Shown: positions 50,147-59,715 of the stretch, in pieces
Numbering within the stretch: position 1 is the first letter of the stretch
Layout of the letters: every line of letters starts with the position of its first letter
Assembly: GCA_964391975.1 (NCBI GenBank)
Contig: CAYMNZ010000001.1
Location: 326,978-390,977 of the forward strand
DNA length: 64,000 nucleotides
Origin: an uncultured Candidatus Saccharibacteria bacterium
Lineage (GTDB): Bacteria > Patescibacteriota > Minisyncoccia > Phycocordibacterales > Phycocordibacteraceae
Direction of reading: 5' to 3'
Position numbers and translations under genes: made by a program
Notes under the pieces: model-generated
Database searches by the model: none
Told to the model about the DNA's origin: nothing
Seen by the model: only the letters and a program-made list of their open reading frames with translations

Positions 50147-50428
50147 CTACTGGGCACGAGACAGCACTGCGACGCCAGCGGAAGTGACGTAGCCCACCGA
50201 GCGAGGGGTAACGTACCCTACTGAAGAGGGGTCAATATCGGAATACGTCTGCACCGCGTCGTAGTACTGCCCTTCAAGCGTGATGACTGTTCCTTCGGTC
50301 TCCTGAATCTCGCGTGCAAGCCCCGTCTGCCAGGTTGCAAAGAAGACAGTGGCAGCAACGCCAAGAAGATAGAGGGCGATGGTCGCCACACAGCAGCCCC
50401 CGAGAATTGGAATAGCGCGACTATACAT
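50147..50428 (-). CDS. Putative FtsL-like bitopic protein
   Basis: Single TM plus short coiled coil, at the ftsL position between rsmH and ftsI. Confidence 0.55.
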   Translation of the reverse strand: MYSRAIPILGGCCVATIALYLLGVAATVFFATWQTGLAREIQETEGTVITLEGQYYDAVQTYSDIDPSSVGYVTPRSVGYVTSAGVAVLSRAQ

Positions 50429-51377
50429 AGGTTTGGATGGTCCCCCGCTCAAAGAGGCGTAGCTTAGCGCTGCGGGAGCGTGGGTTTGCGTTCACCTCAG
50501 CAAGGCTTGGAGTGAACGGTTTCTTGTTGATGAGGGTCCCTTGCCCAGCGTGTACAGCATCACGGAACACTTGTTTGACGATGCGGTCCTCAATACTGTG
50601 GAAGGTGATAACGGCAATGCGTCCTCCCTCGCGCGTTCGCTCGATTGCTGCTGCAAGTCCATCGCGTAGTGCGCCGAACTCATCGTTGACCGCAATGCGA
50701 AGTGCCTGGAAGGTCTTTGTAGCGGGGTGCAAGCGACGTGCCTGGTACCAACGAGGAGTGGTGGAAAGTACGATGTTCACGAGGTCCTCAGTGGTGACGA
50801 TTGGCGACACCTCACGTGCTTCGACAATACCCTTGGCGATTTGACGCGCGAAGCGTTCTTCGCCAAGCGAGTACAGCATGTCAGCGATGGCTTCCTCAGA
50901 TGCGGTGTTCAAAAGATCAGCGGCAGTCTTCCCTTTCTCTGGAGTGCCGTAGGTCATGTGGAGTGGTTCGTTCACGCGGAACGAGAACCCGCGTCCGCTG
51001 GTGAGATGGAAACCACTCCACCCAAGATCGAAGAGAGACTTATCAATTGCAGAAATATGTAGGTCATCGAGTATTCGGTTAAGGTTGCGGAAGTTATCTT
51101 CAACGAGGTGCACCTTCGCACGTGCGCCCCCGCTCGCCTGCTGTGCGCGCTCAATGGCGCCATCATCAGCATCAATACCAATCAACGTCCCTGAGACATC
51201 GAGCTTCGAAAGTAGTTCACGGAAGTGCCCTGCCCCACCGATGGTTGCATCAACTACCGTATCGGATGAGCTGATGGCGAGCCCATCGACCGCCTCCCGA
51301 AGAAGCACGGTCTCGTGCCCGACGTCTGCGTTCGGTTTTCGTGTAGAGGCTCTCATGGAAGGAAGGGTCGTGATCAT
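50421..51377 (-). CDS. rsmH: 16S rRNA m4C1402 methyltransferase (start may be 51356)
   Basis: HETVLL, DATIGGAGH, RGFSF, HPATKTFQALRIAVN, NPRSRSAKLR. Confidence 0.97.
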   Translation of the reverse strand: MITTLPSMRASTRKPNADVGHETVLLREAVDGLAISSSDTVVDATIGGAGHFRELLSKLDVSGTLIGIDADDGAIERAQQASGGARAKVHLVEDNFRNLNRILDDLHISAIDKSLFDLGWSGFHLTSGRGFSFRVNEPLHMTYGTPEKGKTAADLLNTASEEAIADMLYSLGEERFARQIAKGIVEAREVSPIVTTEDLVNIVLSTTPRWYQARRLHPATKTFQALRIAVNDEFGALRDGLAAAIERTREGGRIAVITFHSIEDRIVKQVFRDAVHAGQGTLINKKPFTPSLAEVNANPRSRSAKLRLFERGTIQTYV

Positions 51378-51382
51378 AAGAC

Positions 51383-51814
51383 TTACAGCGAAGCGTCTCC
51401 AAGTTTTTCAGCATAGGCATCGGCATCCCGCTCAATAGAGGCGGTGTACTTCTTCCAGGCCTTCTCGTCCCAGATTTCAACGCGGTCGTTCACTCCCGCG
51501 ATGACGCTCTTTTCCGAGAGAGCCGCGAAAGACTTTAGGTAATCGGGTACTAATATGCGGCCAGCGGTGTCGACGTCCGCTTCGCTCGCACCCGCGAGCA
51601 TAAGGCGCGCGAGCCCTCGCCCGGCGCTACCGCCGGTCGAGTGTCGCGCAATCTTTCCCGCCTCTCCTTTCCACGTGTTCTTTGGGTACACAAACAAACA
51701 GTGGTCGAGACCACGCGTGACAATAACGGAGCTGCCGAGTTCTTTACGAAATTTCGCCGGGAGAGAGATTCGGTTCTTGGTGTCGAACGTGTGGCGATAT
51801 TCTCCGATGAACAT
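51383..51814 (-). CDS. mraZ: Transcriptional regulator MraZ
   Basis: MFIGEY.HTFD.KNRISLPAKFR, DTAGRILVP, RVEIW. Confidence 0.97.
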   Translation of the reverse strand: MFIGEYRHTFDTKNRISLPAKFRKELGSSVIVTRGLDHCLFVYPKNTWKGEAGKIARHSTGGSAGRGLARLMLAGASEADVDTAGRILVPDYLKSFAALSEKSVIAGVNDRVEIWDEKAWKKYTASIERDADAYAEKLGDASL

Positions 51815-51859
51815 AGTAGGTATTTGGAGGAGTGGTGGAATTCAGGCAGCTTTCATGAA

Positions 51860-51907
51860 TCCCACTTCATCCCACTAGTAGGTAAGTATATGACACTTCA
51901 TCCCACT
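51860..51907 (-). promoter_or_regulatory. mraZ/dcw promoter with MraZ-box direct repeats
   Basis: Minus strand AGTGGGA at 51901-07, 51870-76 and 51860-66, variant AGTGTCA at 51891-97; 10-nt spacing within pairs; the pairs flank TATACT (51885-90). Confidence 0.75.
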
Positions 51908-51917
51908 TCCCTTTAGG

Positions 51918-51926
51918 TTATCCACA
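51918..51926 (+). promoter_or_regulatory. Perfect DnaA box upstream of mraZ
   Basis: TTATCCACA, the consensus DnaA box. Confidence 0.6.
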
Positions 51927-51928
51927 CG

Positions 51929-51954
51929 AAAAAGCCGGTCAAAAGACCGACTTT
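51929..51954 (-). terminator. Intrinsic terminator after lysS
   Basis: Minus strand AAAGTCGGTC-tttt-GACCGGCTTTTT. Confidence 0.75.
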
Positions 51955-51969
51955 ATGAAGAAAGGGAGT

Positions 51970-53541
51970 TTAAGAAACTGCCTCTGTGAGCCTCTGTACG
52001 ACCATCTCCCGCGGCAGCACCGATAGGAACCAACCTGCCTTAGGACCGGAAGTACGCCCCAGGAAGAGCGTATAGAGGGCGCTGAAGAGCTCTTTAGGAG
52101 CTATGGGCACCTCGGTCTTCATCTCATGGAGCTTGAGATGGAGTTCCTCTCCTGTTCGAGCTTCTGAAAGGAAGTCTTTGAGAACAGTGAGTGCCTTCTT
52201 CTGAGCGTCGGTAGGGCTGAATCCTTCAGGGACCTTTTGCTGGAGTTCGTACTTATATTCCTCAGGTGCGTAGGTGGTGAGCCAAAAACGCGCGTACGCT
52301 GCCCGTTCCTCAAGCAACGTCTTCTCGTCCTCAGTGAGCGCACTTCCCTTTACACCTGCTGCTTCATCAGTAAGTGAGAGATGCGGCATCTGCACGATGA
52401 ATGCAACTTGCGCAAAGCGAAGCTGCCACGTTGCTTTCGTTTCTGCACGATTCTTTGGAAGCTCACAGAACGCGAAGAGTCGCGTAAAGTCGTCAGCGAC
52501 CCCTTCGCGCACTTTCTCCGCAAGCTCGTCGTACCAATCAAAGATACGCGGCACCGCATCCCCTGAGGGATCAACATCTATTTGTTGATTAGGTTCTTTA
52601 CCAAGAAGCGTCAGACGAAACTCCTCTGACGGGAAAAGGTTGGACATCTCCTTTGCAGAAGAACCACGACCTTTGGAAGAAGACATCTTCTTTCCGCCAA
52701 CGAGAAAGAACTCGTACGGGATGTCGTATGGCTCTTCGAACCCAAATACTTCCTTGGCGATGTGTGCGGAGACATCGCGCGAGCCTCCCTTAGTCGAGTG
52801 ATCCTTACCAGCGCCTTCGATATCAACACCCATCACTACCCACTTAGCGGCCCAGTCTGCTTTCCAGAAAAGCTTCACCGCTCCCTTAACAGGTGCGACG
52901 CGTCCAGTGTGCCCACACGGAACAGTTTCGTCCGGGGAGCGATCACAGGTGTAGCCGACTGTTTCTCCGTCGTAATCGTGTGCACGCGTCGTCATCATCT
53001 TTCCGCAGTTCTCACACACTACCGATACCGGAAGCCACGATTCATCTTTCACCGAACCAGATACTTCCTTGAGGATGCGACGAACGTCAGACGCTCGCTC
53101 GAGCGCCGTCTTGATGAGCGCATCCATCTTCCCTGCTGCGTACAAATCCTTATACGTGCGGTAATACTCAGGATGAAATCCTGCTTTTGCGTGCACTTCT
53201 GCAAACTCTGCGCCGTAGTATTCTGCAAAGTTTTCAAAACCAGGTTCAGGAGATGGAACCGCATACAGTGGCTTGCCCAAGTGTTCTTTAAACTTCTCTT
53301 GGTCGAGATAGCCCGGGACAGTATCAAAGGGGTCGAAATCGTTATACTCAAACAAGAAGCGATTTGGAAGCCCGAGTTCATCGAGCGCTTCCTTCACCGT
53401 GCCGTGTATGGCGACCCCGCGCATGGCCCCGATGTGTACCCGACCCGAGAGCGTCTTCTCATCTCGTATGATAAACGTTGTGCCGTCACGCGGCGTTCGC
53501 GTCTCCTGTATCTCTTTGCCTATGCGGTCGGCCCAGAACAT
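51970..53541 (-). CDS. lysS: Lysine--tRNA ligase, class I
   Basis: MFWAD, SGRVHIGAMRG, CENCGK, WKADWAAKW, EGAGKDH, KMSSSKG, GPKAG. Confidence 0.95.
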   Translation of the reverse strand: MFWADRIGKEIQETRTPRDGTTFIIRDEKTLSGRVHIGAMRGVAIHGTVKEALDELGLPNRFLFEYNDFDPFDTVPGYLDQEKFKEHLGKPLYAVPSPEPGFENFAEYYGAEFAEVHAKAGFHPEYYRTYKDLYAAGKMDALIKTALERASDVRRILKEVSGSVKDESWLPVSVVCENCGKMMTTRAHDYDGETVGYTCDRSPDETVPCGHTGRVAPVKGAVKLFWKADWAAKWVVMGVDIEGAGKDHSTKGGSRDVSAHIAKEVFGFEEPYDIPYEFFLVGGKKMSSSKGRGSSAKEMSNLFPSEEFRLTLLGKEPNQQIDVDPSGDAVPRIFDWYDELAEKVREGVADDFTRLFAFCELPKNRAETKATWQLRFAQVAFIVQMPHLSLTDEAAGVKGSALTEDEKTLLEERAAYARFWLTTYAPEEYKYELQQKVPEGFSPTDAQKKALTVLKDFLSEARTGEELHLKLHEMKTEVPIAPKELFSALYTLFLGRTSGPKAGWFLSVLPREMVVQRLTEAVS

Positions 53542-53545
53542 TGGG

Positions 53546-53845
53546 CTATCGTAGCACGCGGCGCGCGAACGAATAGAGCTTCTTCTCTTTCCCAGTCCTT
53601 CGATCGACGCTCTCCACAATCTGGAGGCCCAGGTCCTCGACCACTTCATCGATACGCCTCATGACGCTTTGTACATCCGCATCTTCTTCGTATTCCGTTG
53701 GATTGTTATTCGCATCGCGCAATGCATCAATAAATTCGGTCACTTCCTCCTCGTAGGGCTCATAGCTACGATCCCAGATATGCTTCCATTCTTCTTGTTT
53801 GAGAAACACTAACTTTGGACGTTCTTTGTACGCATCAAGCGTCAT
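53546..53845 (-). CDS. Hypothetical protein
   Basis: 99-aa acidic ORF exactly filling the greA-lysS gap. Confidence 0.6.
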   Translation of the reverse strand: MTLDAYKERPKLVFLKQEEWKHIWDRSYEPYEEEVTEFIDALRDANNNPTEYEEDADVQSVMRRIDEVVEDLGLQIVESVDRRTGKEKKLYSFARRVLR

Positions 53846-53850
53846 GGAAT

Positions 53851-54321
53851 TTAAGCCACCTTTTGAACGGTGTAGGTCTGCTTGCCGTTGGGGGTCTCGA
53901 AGGTGAAGACATCACCCTTCTTCTTGCCCATGAGCGCTGCCCCGAGCGGGGAGACGTGAGAGAGCTTGCGGATGCGCATATCTGCCTCCTCGCTACCGAC
54001 GATGGTGTATTCGTGCGCCTCCTTGCTTCCCTCCTTCTGGATGGTGACGACGGAGCCGAAGCCCACGACATCTTTCTTCTTGCCGTCGGTCACAATCTGC
54101 GCCCGCTTCACGAGGTCCTCGAGCCTGCGAATGCGCTCTTCCGTTGCAGCCTGCAGTTCGCGTGCTTCCTGATACTCTGCGTTCTCGGAAAGATCACCGA
54201 GGGAACGAGCGTACTCAAGGTTCTTAGCAATCTCCGTGCGACGCACCGTTTTAAGGTTCTCGAGCTCTGCTACCATTTCATCAAACTTCTCCTGACTCAC
54301 GACGGCCTGTTGATCAGTCAT
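53851..54321 (-). CDS. greA: Transcription elongation factor GreA
   Basis: ARSLGDLSENAEY, SPLGAALMGKKKGD. Confidence 0.97.
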   Translation of the reverse strand: MTDQQAVVSQEKFDEMVAELENLKTVRRTEIAKNLEYARSLGDLSENAEYQEARELQAATEERIRRLEDLVKRAQIVTDGKKKDVVGFGSVVTIQKEGSKEAHEYTIVGSEEADMRIRKLSHVSPLGAALMGKKKGDVFTFETPNGKQTYTVQKVA

Positions 54322-54367
54322 ATATATTGTGTCGCCGTATTGTACGGGAAGGCAGGATGCCGTCAAA

Positions 54368-56035
54368 TCAGTCGAAATACTCTGGCGCCACTTCTTTCAT
54401 CTTAGAGAGCGTCTGGTACATCACGTAGATACCGCCGACTGCGGTTCCTGCAGGCGCGCGCTCCATGACCACTGCGTAGGCATACTTTGGTTTGTCGTAC
54501 GGAAAGAACCCAACCGCCCATGAGTTGTACCACTCGTTATTGACGCCAAGCTGCGCGGTGCCCGTCTTCCCCGCTGCTTGCACGTACGGCAGCGCGTTAA
54601 GTCCGACTGATGTTCCTTCAGTCACTCCCATACGCATACCCTCACGCGCAATCTGCAGTCCCTCCTGTGAGACGTTGATGGTCTCGCCAGTTGGGGCTTG
54701 CCCAGTGAGTACCGTAGCCTTCACTAATTTGCCGCCGTTCGCAATCGCCGCAATTGAGCGCACCGCTTCAAGGGGCGTAATCTGCATGGCGTACTGGCCA
54801 ATGGCAGTATGGTAGGTATTGCCCACTCTCCAAGGCTCACCATAGGTCTCTTCCTTCCATGCAGGTGTCGGGATGAATCCCTCAGACTCTCCTTCAAGCT
54901 CAATACCAGTGGTGCTGGTGTAGCCAAACGCTTTGTACCAGTAATCAAGACGATTGATGCCGAGTCCTTTCTGGTCCCCAAACCCTCCGCCCACAGTGTA
55001 GAAATAGACGTCAGAGGAATACGCAACAGCGCTTCGCATATTCATAGGACCAAGCGCCTTCCAGTCTTTAAAGATAGAAGGGTTCGATGCATCGTAGGGG
55101 TTCGGAAGCGAAATAGAACCAGTCGAAACAATAATCTTCTCCGGCGAGATGATGCCGTCGTTGAAAACCCCCGCGGCAATCACCGGCTTCACAATCGAAC
55201 CAGGCGTGTAGAGGCCGTTGACTGGGCGATCAAGATACGGCTCACGAGGGTCTGCGCTGTAACCGGCAATCACTGACGAGGGTTGTCCTTTCGAAAGAAT
55301 GTTTGGGTCGTATTCAGGATACGAGGTGAGCGCAATAATCTCTCCCGTCTCAACATCCATCACAACGCCTGCACCACCCTTGTACGGAATCCGGTCAGCA
55401 AGCTCTTTGATGGCGTCGTACATTGCCGACTGCACGCGAGAATCTATAGAGAGCGTTAGCGGCGTACCATCAACGGGCGCTTTCACGCTTCCCTGCGACT
55501 GCAGTTCCCCGAGCGCGTCTTCTTCAATCAAGAACAGGCCGTTCTCTCCTGACAGCGTCTCATCAAAAGCAGACTCAACACCTGCCAAGCCCTTGATGTC
55601 CGTCTCGTAGTAATTGCCAGAGGAATCTTTCTTCGGGTACGACACGTAGCCCAAAAGGTGCGCGAAGCCGGGTGCCATGTAGGAGCGCTCAACGAACCCG
55701 GCTTCTGATGGTTTGTTCTCCACCAAGACCACGCCATTACGGTCGAGAATCGCTCCGCGCTTAGCAAAGAGCACTTCCGGGCGCAGACGATTGTTCTCGC
55801 TTTGGGTAGCAAACTTCTCTCCCTGCACAATCTCGAGACTTCCTGCCTGTACAGCAAACGCAACGAGTATAAGAGCAATGACCGCCGTGATGCCCACAAA
55901 CGTACGTTCACTTATAGGTTTCTCAAGTCTCCCTTCAAGGCGCGTGGTATCGAAGGACGGCAGGTTTGAAGAATCGAGAAAAATCTCGTCTGGAGCCAGC
56001 TCCTTATCCCTATGCCGCTTTCTCCTCCCTATCAT
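54368..56035 (-). CDS. mrdA: Penicillin-binding protein 2
   Basis: RGAILDRNG, PGSIVK, SSD, KTGTAQ; downstream of mreBC. Confidence 0.9.
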   Translation of the reverse strand: MIGRRKRHRDKELAPDEIFLDSSNLPSFDTTRLEGRLEKPISERTFVGITAVIALILVAFAVQAGSLEIVQGEKFATQSENNRLRPEVLFAKRGAILDRNGVVLVENKPSEAGFVERSYMAPGFAHLLGYVSYPKKDSSGNYYETDIKGLAGVESAFDETLSGENGLFLIEEDALGELQSQGSVKAPVDGTPLTLSIDSRVQSAMYDAIKELADRIPYKGGAGVVMDVETGEIIALTSYPEYDPNILSKGQPSSVIAGYSADPREPYLDRPVNGLYTPGSIVKPVIAAGVFNDGIISPEKIIVSTGSISLPNPYDASNPSIFKDWKALGPMNMRSAVAYSSDVYFYTVGGGFGDQKGLGINRLDYWYKAFGYTSTTGIELEGESEGFIPTPAWKEETYGEPWRVGNTYHTAIGQYAMQITPLEAVRSIAAIANGGKLVKATVLTGQAPTGETINVSQEGLQIAREGMRMGVTEGTSVGLNALPYVQAAGKTGTAQLGVNNEWYNSWAVGFFPYDKPKYAYAVVMERAPAGTAVGGIYVMYQTLSKMKEVAPEYFD

Positions 56036-56280
56036 CCTCCTATGATACGCGTTTCCACGAACCTACGCACGAGAAGCGCGATGAGGGTGCCAAGCACCCC
56101 GAGCGCAATCCCCATCGGAAACTGCCCAGCAGAGAGATACAGCAGGTCATGAAGGAGTCCTACTGAAAGTGCGGCAAGCGGAATGAAGAATGCAGCGACT
56201 GCTGCAAACAGGATGGAAACGGGTGCTGGGAACAAAAAAGGTGCGATAAGCGCGAGAATGAGAGTAAGCGCGCGAATCAT
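56032..56280 (-). CDS. Small hydrophobic protein at the mreD position
   Basis: 82 aa, ~3 TM, GLLHDLL motif; ATGA overlaps with both neighbours. Confidence 0.6.
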   Translation of the reverse strand: MIRALTLILALIAPFLFPAPVSILFAAVAAFFIPLAALSVGLLHDLLYLSAGQFPMGIALGVLGTLIALLVRRFVETRIIGG

Positions 56281-57071
56281 AGGGAGGCAGGTCCAACGCG
56301 CACATACGGGAGCGAAAACGGATTAGCGTACGGGAAAATCTGCACGCGCGCGTCAGGAGAGGAAGGATCAGTTTCGACCTTGCGTATAAGACCCACAGGA
56401 ATGGCACCGGGACCTGGAAGATAGAGCACGTCTCCAACAGCAAGTCCCGAGTCTTTTGACGCCGTCATGGTAAACGTTCCGGCTCCCGTTCCTTTAAGTA
56501 CCACCGGTATACGGTCCTCCCCTGCCCATCCACGATTCTCTCTTCCGGCTTCGGAGAACAACACCGCGCGTGAGCTGGTCTCGCCCACTTCACGAATGGT
56601 GCCAATGGGAATGCCGTGGTGTCCGTAGACGAAGAGGCCTGTGCGAATGCCATCCTTAGCTCCCGCAGCAAGAATGAGCACATCGTACGGAGCCACTGGA
56701 GGACCGGCAAGCACGCCCACCAGCATCTCCTCACTGCTTCCTCCAACTACGTTCCCAATGTCTCTGATTTCAGCACGCGCTGCGGCAAGCTCCACAGACA
56801 GCGCCGCGTTCTCTTCGATGAGACGGTCGCGCTCGAGCGTTAACGCACGTGCGTCCCCAAACGAAGAGGTGAAGCCTCCGACTCCTCCTGCAAGCGAGCC
56901 GCCCACGCTCCACAGCGGCATTGCAATTGCCGTAAACACACCAGGGAACACCAGACGAAGTACGCCAAGTATAAGCACGATGGCGAGCACGATGACGCCG
57001 AGCGAACGAACGTTCGGTGAGATGAGCGAAACCCGCTCGAAACTATGCTTTTGAAATGATGGCCTCTTCAT
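56277..57071 (-). CDS. mreC: Rod shape-determining protein MreC
   Basis: TM helix, coiled coil (LIEENAAL), AGAKDGI, VGD, IPVGLI; follows mreB. Confidence 0.88.
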   Translation of the reverse strand: MKRPSFQKHSFERVSLISPNVRSLGVIVLAIVLILGVLRLVFPGVFTAIAMPLWSVGGSLAGGVGGFTSSFGDARALTLERDRLIEENAALSVELAAARAEIRDIGNVVGGSSEEMLVGVLAGPPVAPYDVLILAAGAKDGIRTGLFVYGHHGIPIGTIREVGETSSRAVLFSEAGRENRGWAGEDRIPVVLKGTGAGTFTMTASKDSGLAVGDVLYLPGPGAIPVGLIRKVETDPSSPDARVQIFPYANPFSLPYVRVGPASL

Positions 57072-58098
57072 GCATGAATACGCTCTCCCATGGGCGCGGG
57101 TCCTCCGTGATGATGCCGGTGCCTCGTACGACCGCCGTCAGGGGATCTGCTGCTACGTGCACCGGAACGCCAAGCATTTTGGCAAGAAGCTCAGGAAGGC
57201 CACGCAGGAGCGCCCCTCCACCGAAGACGGTAACACCGCGCTGAAGCACGTCGGAGAGAAGCTCGGGTGGCGTATTTTCAATCACATCCTTCATGGCTTC
57301 CATGAGCGTGTCGAGCGAAGGCTCGAGTGCTTCCCGTACATTGGAGTCCGTCAGAGTAATTTCGCGCGGGAGTCCCGTGGCAAGGTCGCGCCCACGCACC
57401 GACTTGGTGAGCTTGGTATCAAGTGGAAGCACTGCGCCGATGGCAATCTTTGTTTCCTCAGCAGTGCGCTCACCAATGGAAAGTTGGAACTCGCTGCGAA
57501 CATAATCAATGATGTTCTCGTTGAAACGGTCCCCTGCCACATGCGAGCTCTTGCTTGCAACCGTGCCGCCAAGCGAGAGAACAGCGATGTCAGTAGTGCC
57601 GCCACCGATATCAAGCACCATGGTGCCGATTGGTTCGTTGACCGGAAGCTTGGCCCCAATAGCACCTGCCATAGGCTCTTCCACTATGTAGACTTCGCGT
57701 GCACCGGAAGAGAGCGCCGCATCGCGCACTGCCCTGCTCTCAACGTTGGTGACGCCGGTTGGCACTCCCACCACCACGCGAGGACCAAACAAACGTGTGC
57801 GATCTCCTTGTGCTTTACGGATTAAATACGCAAGCAACTCCTGCGTCACTTCGAAATCAGAAATCACACCATGCGAGAGCGGACGCACTGCACGCACATG
57901 CGGCGGCGTCTTGCCGAGCATGACTTTCGCTTCGCGCCCAATAGCAACCACCTGTCCGGTCTTCTCGTTGGTGGTGACCACCGATGGCTCGGTGATGACG
58001 ATGCCGCGACCGCGCACATACACGAGGGTATTGGCAGTACCCAAATCAATACCGATATCGCTTGAGAAGAAAGACGCTTTGGAGAGCTTCTTTGCCAT
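57043..58098 (-). CDS. mreB: Rod shape-determining protein MreB
   Basis: GIDLGTANT, EPSVV, DIGGGTTD, TPPEL, GGGALL. Confidence 0.95.
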   Translation of the reverse strand: MAKKLSKASFFSSDIGIDLGTANTLVYVRGRGIVITEPSVVTTNEKTGQVVAIGREAKVMLGKTPPHVRAVRPLSHGVISDFEVTQELLAYLIRKAQGDRTRLFGPRVVVGVPTGVTNVESRAVRDAALSSGAREVYIVEEPMAGAIGAKLPVNEPIGTMVLDIGGGTTDIAVLSLGGTVASKSSHVAGDRFNENIIDYVRSEFQLSIGERTAEETKIAIGAVLPLDTKLTKSVRGRDLATGLPREITLTDSNVREALEPSLDTLMEAMKDVIENTPPELLSDVLQRGVTVFGGGALLRGLPELLAKMLGVPVHVAADPLTAVVRGTGIITEDPRPWESVFMHEEAIISKA

Positions 58099-58100
58099 AG

Positions 58101-59339
58101 TTACATCGAGAGCACCGTATCGCGGGAAACCTTCTCCATTTCGCCAGTTGCGCGCGCAACTATCTCGACCTGCCCGCTCTTCACGGTCTCCTTCCCGACA
58201 ATGAGTCGTACCGGAATACCGATGAGGTCGCTGTCGTTCAACTTCTCTCCCGCACGCAGCGCGCGGTCGTCATAGAGAACTGAACTGCCCTTCTTCGTCA
58301 GGTCGGCGTAGAGACTCTCCGCAAATGCAGAGACTTCCGCATCATCCGGCGCAAGCGATACAAGGTGGAACTTAAACGGCGCAACTGATTCCGGCCACAC
58401 CATTCCCTTCTCGTCTGCCATAGTTTCGACGATGGTACCCATGAGCCTCGTGGTGCCAATGCCGTAGCAGCCCATGATTGGGTACTGGTCCTTTCCTTCT
58501 TTGTCCTTGTACGTGTAGTTCAGCGCCTTCGGATATTTCAGGCCGAGGTCGAAGACGTTACCAACTTCGGAAGCCTTGCCAAGCGCGAGCGTGCCCTTAG
58601 AACACTTGCCGCAGGTGTCTCCTTCCTTCTGCTGAGAAACTTCAACGTTTGCGCAGTGCGTGCAGGAATCACAGTACAAAATATCGTCCTCTCCCGCGTC
58701 GGTGAGCACCATGAACTCGTAGGAGAGCTTTTCAGAAAACGCACCACCAGAGGCTTCGGTCACCTTCGCCACTAAGCCGCAACGGGTATAGATGCGTAGA
58801 TACGCCTCCTTGGCGAGCTGGTAGAAGCGGTCGAAGTCTTCCTGGGTCTCGTGGAAGGAGTACATGTCCTTCATGCCGAACTCGCGTCCGCGCATGATGC
58901 CGGACTTCGCACGGAGTTCATCGCGGTACTTCTGTCCAATCTGGTAGACCGCAATCGGAAGGTCTTTGTACGAGACAGCGTACTCACCGACAATCGGTGT
59001 CACAATCTCTTCTTCACTATGCCCGAGTGCGTACTCTTTTTCAGTACGGCTCTGTAGTTTAAAGAGCACATCAACATTGTCCCAACCTCCCGTCTGCTTC
59101 AACGGCTCGGAAGGATGGAGTGTTGCCATGCGAATTTCCTGACCACCAAGCGCATCCATCTCCTCACGGATAATATTTTCAATCTTCGTAAGCGTACGAA
59201 GTCCAAGGGGGAGATAGGAGTAGGAACCGGCCATTTCCTTGTGCACGAAACCACCGCGAATGAGGAGCTGCGCGTTCTTCGCGACCTCATCCTTTGGCGC
59301 CTCTCGGCGCGTTCGTGTGAAAAGCCCTGATTGCCGCAT
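58101..59339 (-). CDS. proS: Proline--tRNA ligase (short, no editing insertion)
   Basis: MRQS.LF, KYRDELR.KSGIMRGREF.MKDMYSF, EVGNVFDLG, MGCYGIG. Confidence 0.95.
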   Translation of the reverse strand: MRQSGLFTRTRREAPKDEVAKNAQLLIRGGFVHKEMAGSYSYLPLGLRTLTKIENIIREEMDALGGQEIRMATLHPSEPLKQTGGWDNVDVLFKLQSRTEKEYALGHSEEEIVTPIVGEYAVSYKDLPIAVYQIGQKYRDELRAKSGIMRGREFGMKDMYSFHETQEDFDRFYQLAKEAYLRIYTRCGLVAKVTEASGGAFSEKLSYEFMVLTDAGEDDILYCDSCTHCANVEVSQQKEGDTCGKCSKGTLALGKASEVGNVFDLGLKYPKALNYTYKDKEGKDQYPIMGCYGIGTTRLMGTIVETMADEKGMVWPESVAPFKFHLVSLAPDDAEVSAFAESLYADLTKKGSSVLYDDRALRAGEKLNDSDLIGIPVRLIVGKETVKSGQVEIVARATGEMEKVSRDTVLSM

Positions 59340-59380
59340 CCGGACAGTATACGGCGAGCAGGCCCAGGCAGCAAAAGAGA

Positions 59381-59713
59381 CTAGGCCAGGCGGGCACCAA
59401 GCGGCACCTCACGCTCCGGTTGAGCGAGCACCACCGCTCCATCTTCCCTGTAGAAACCGGTGGTGAGCACCTCCGACATGAATGGTCCCACCTGCCTCGG
59501 TGGGAAGTTGGTGACACACACGACGAGCTTTCCGAGAAGCTCCTCTTTGGTATAGAGCGTGGTGATTTGGGCGCTTGAGGCCTTCACGCCGAACTCGCCA
59601 AAATCTATCTTGAGCTTGTACGCAGGCTTTCGTGCTTCAGGAAAATCCTGCACCTCAATCACCTTACCTACGCGCAACTCAACTTTCTCGAAGTCTTCAA
59701 ACGATAGGTCCAT
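59381..59713 (-). CDS. csaA: tRNA-binding/chaperone protein CsaA
   Basis: [31 protein letters not shown]. Confidence 0.9.
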   Translation of the reverse strand: MDLSFEDFEKVELRVGKVIEVQDFPEARKPAYKLKIDFGEFGVKASSAQITTLYTKEELLGKLVVCVTNFPPRQVGPFMSEVLTTGFYREDGAVVLAQPEREVPLGARLA

Positions 59714-59715
59714 GG

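Noticed and set aside
51918-51926. DnaA box as a sign of oriC
   Set aside because: Single box in a short spacer between co-oriented genes, with no AT-rich unwinding element
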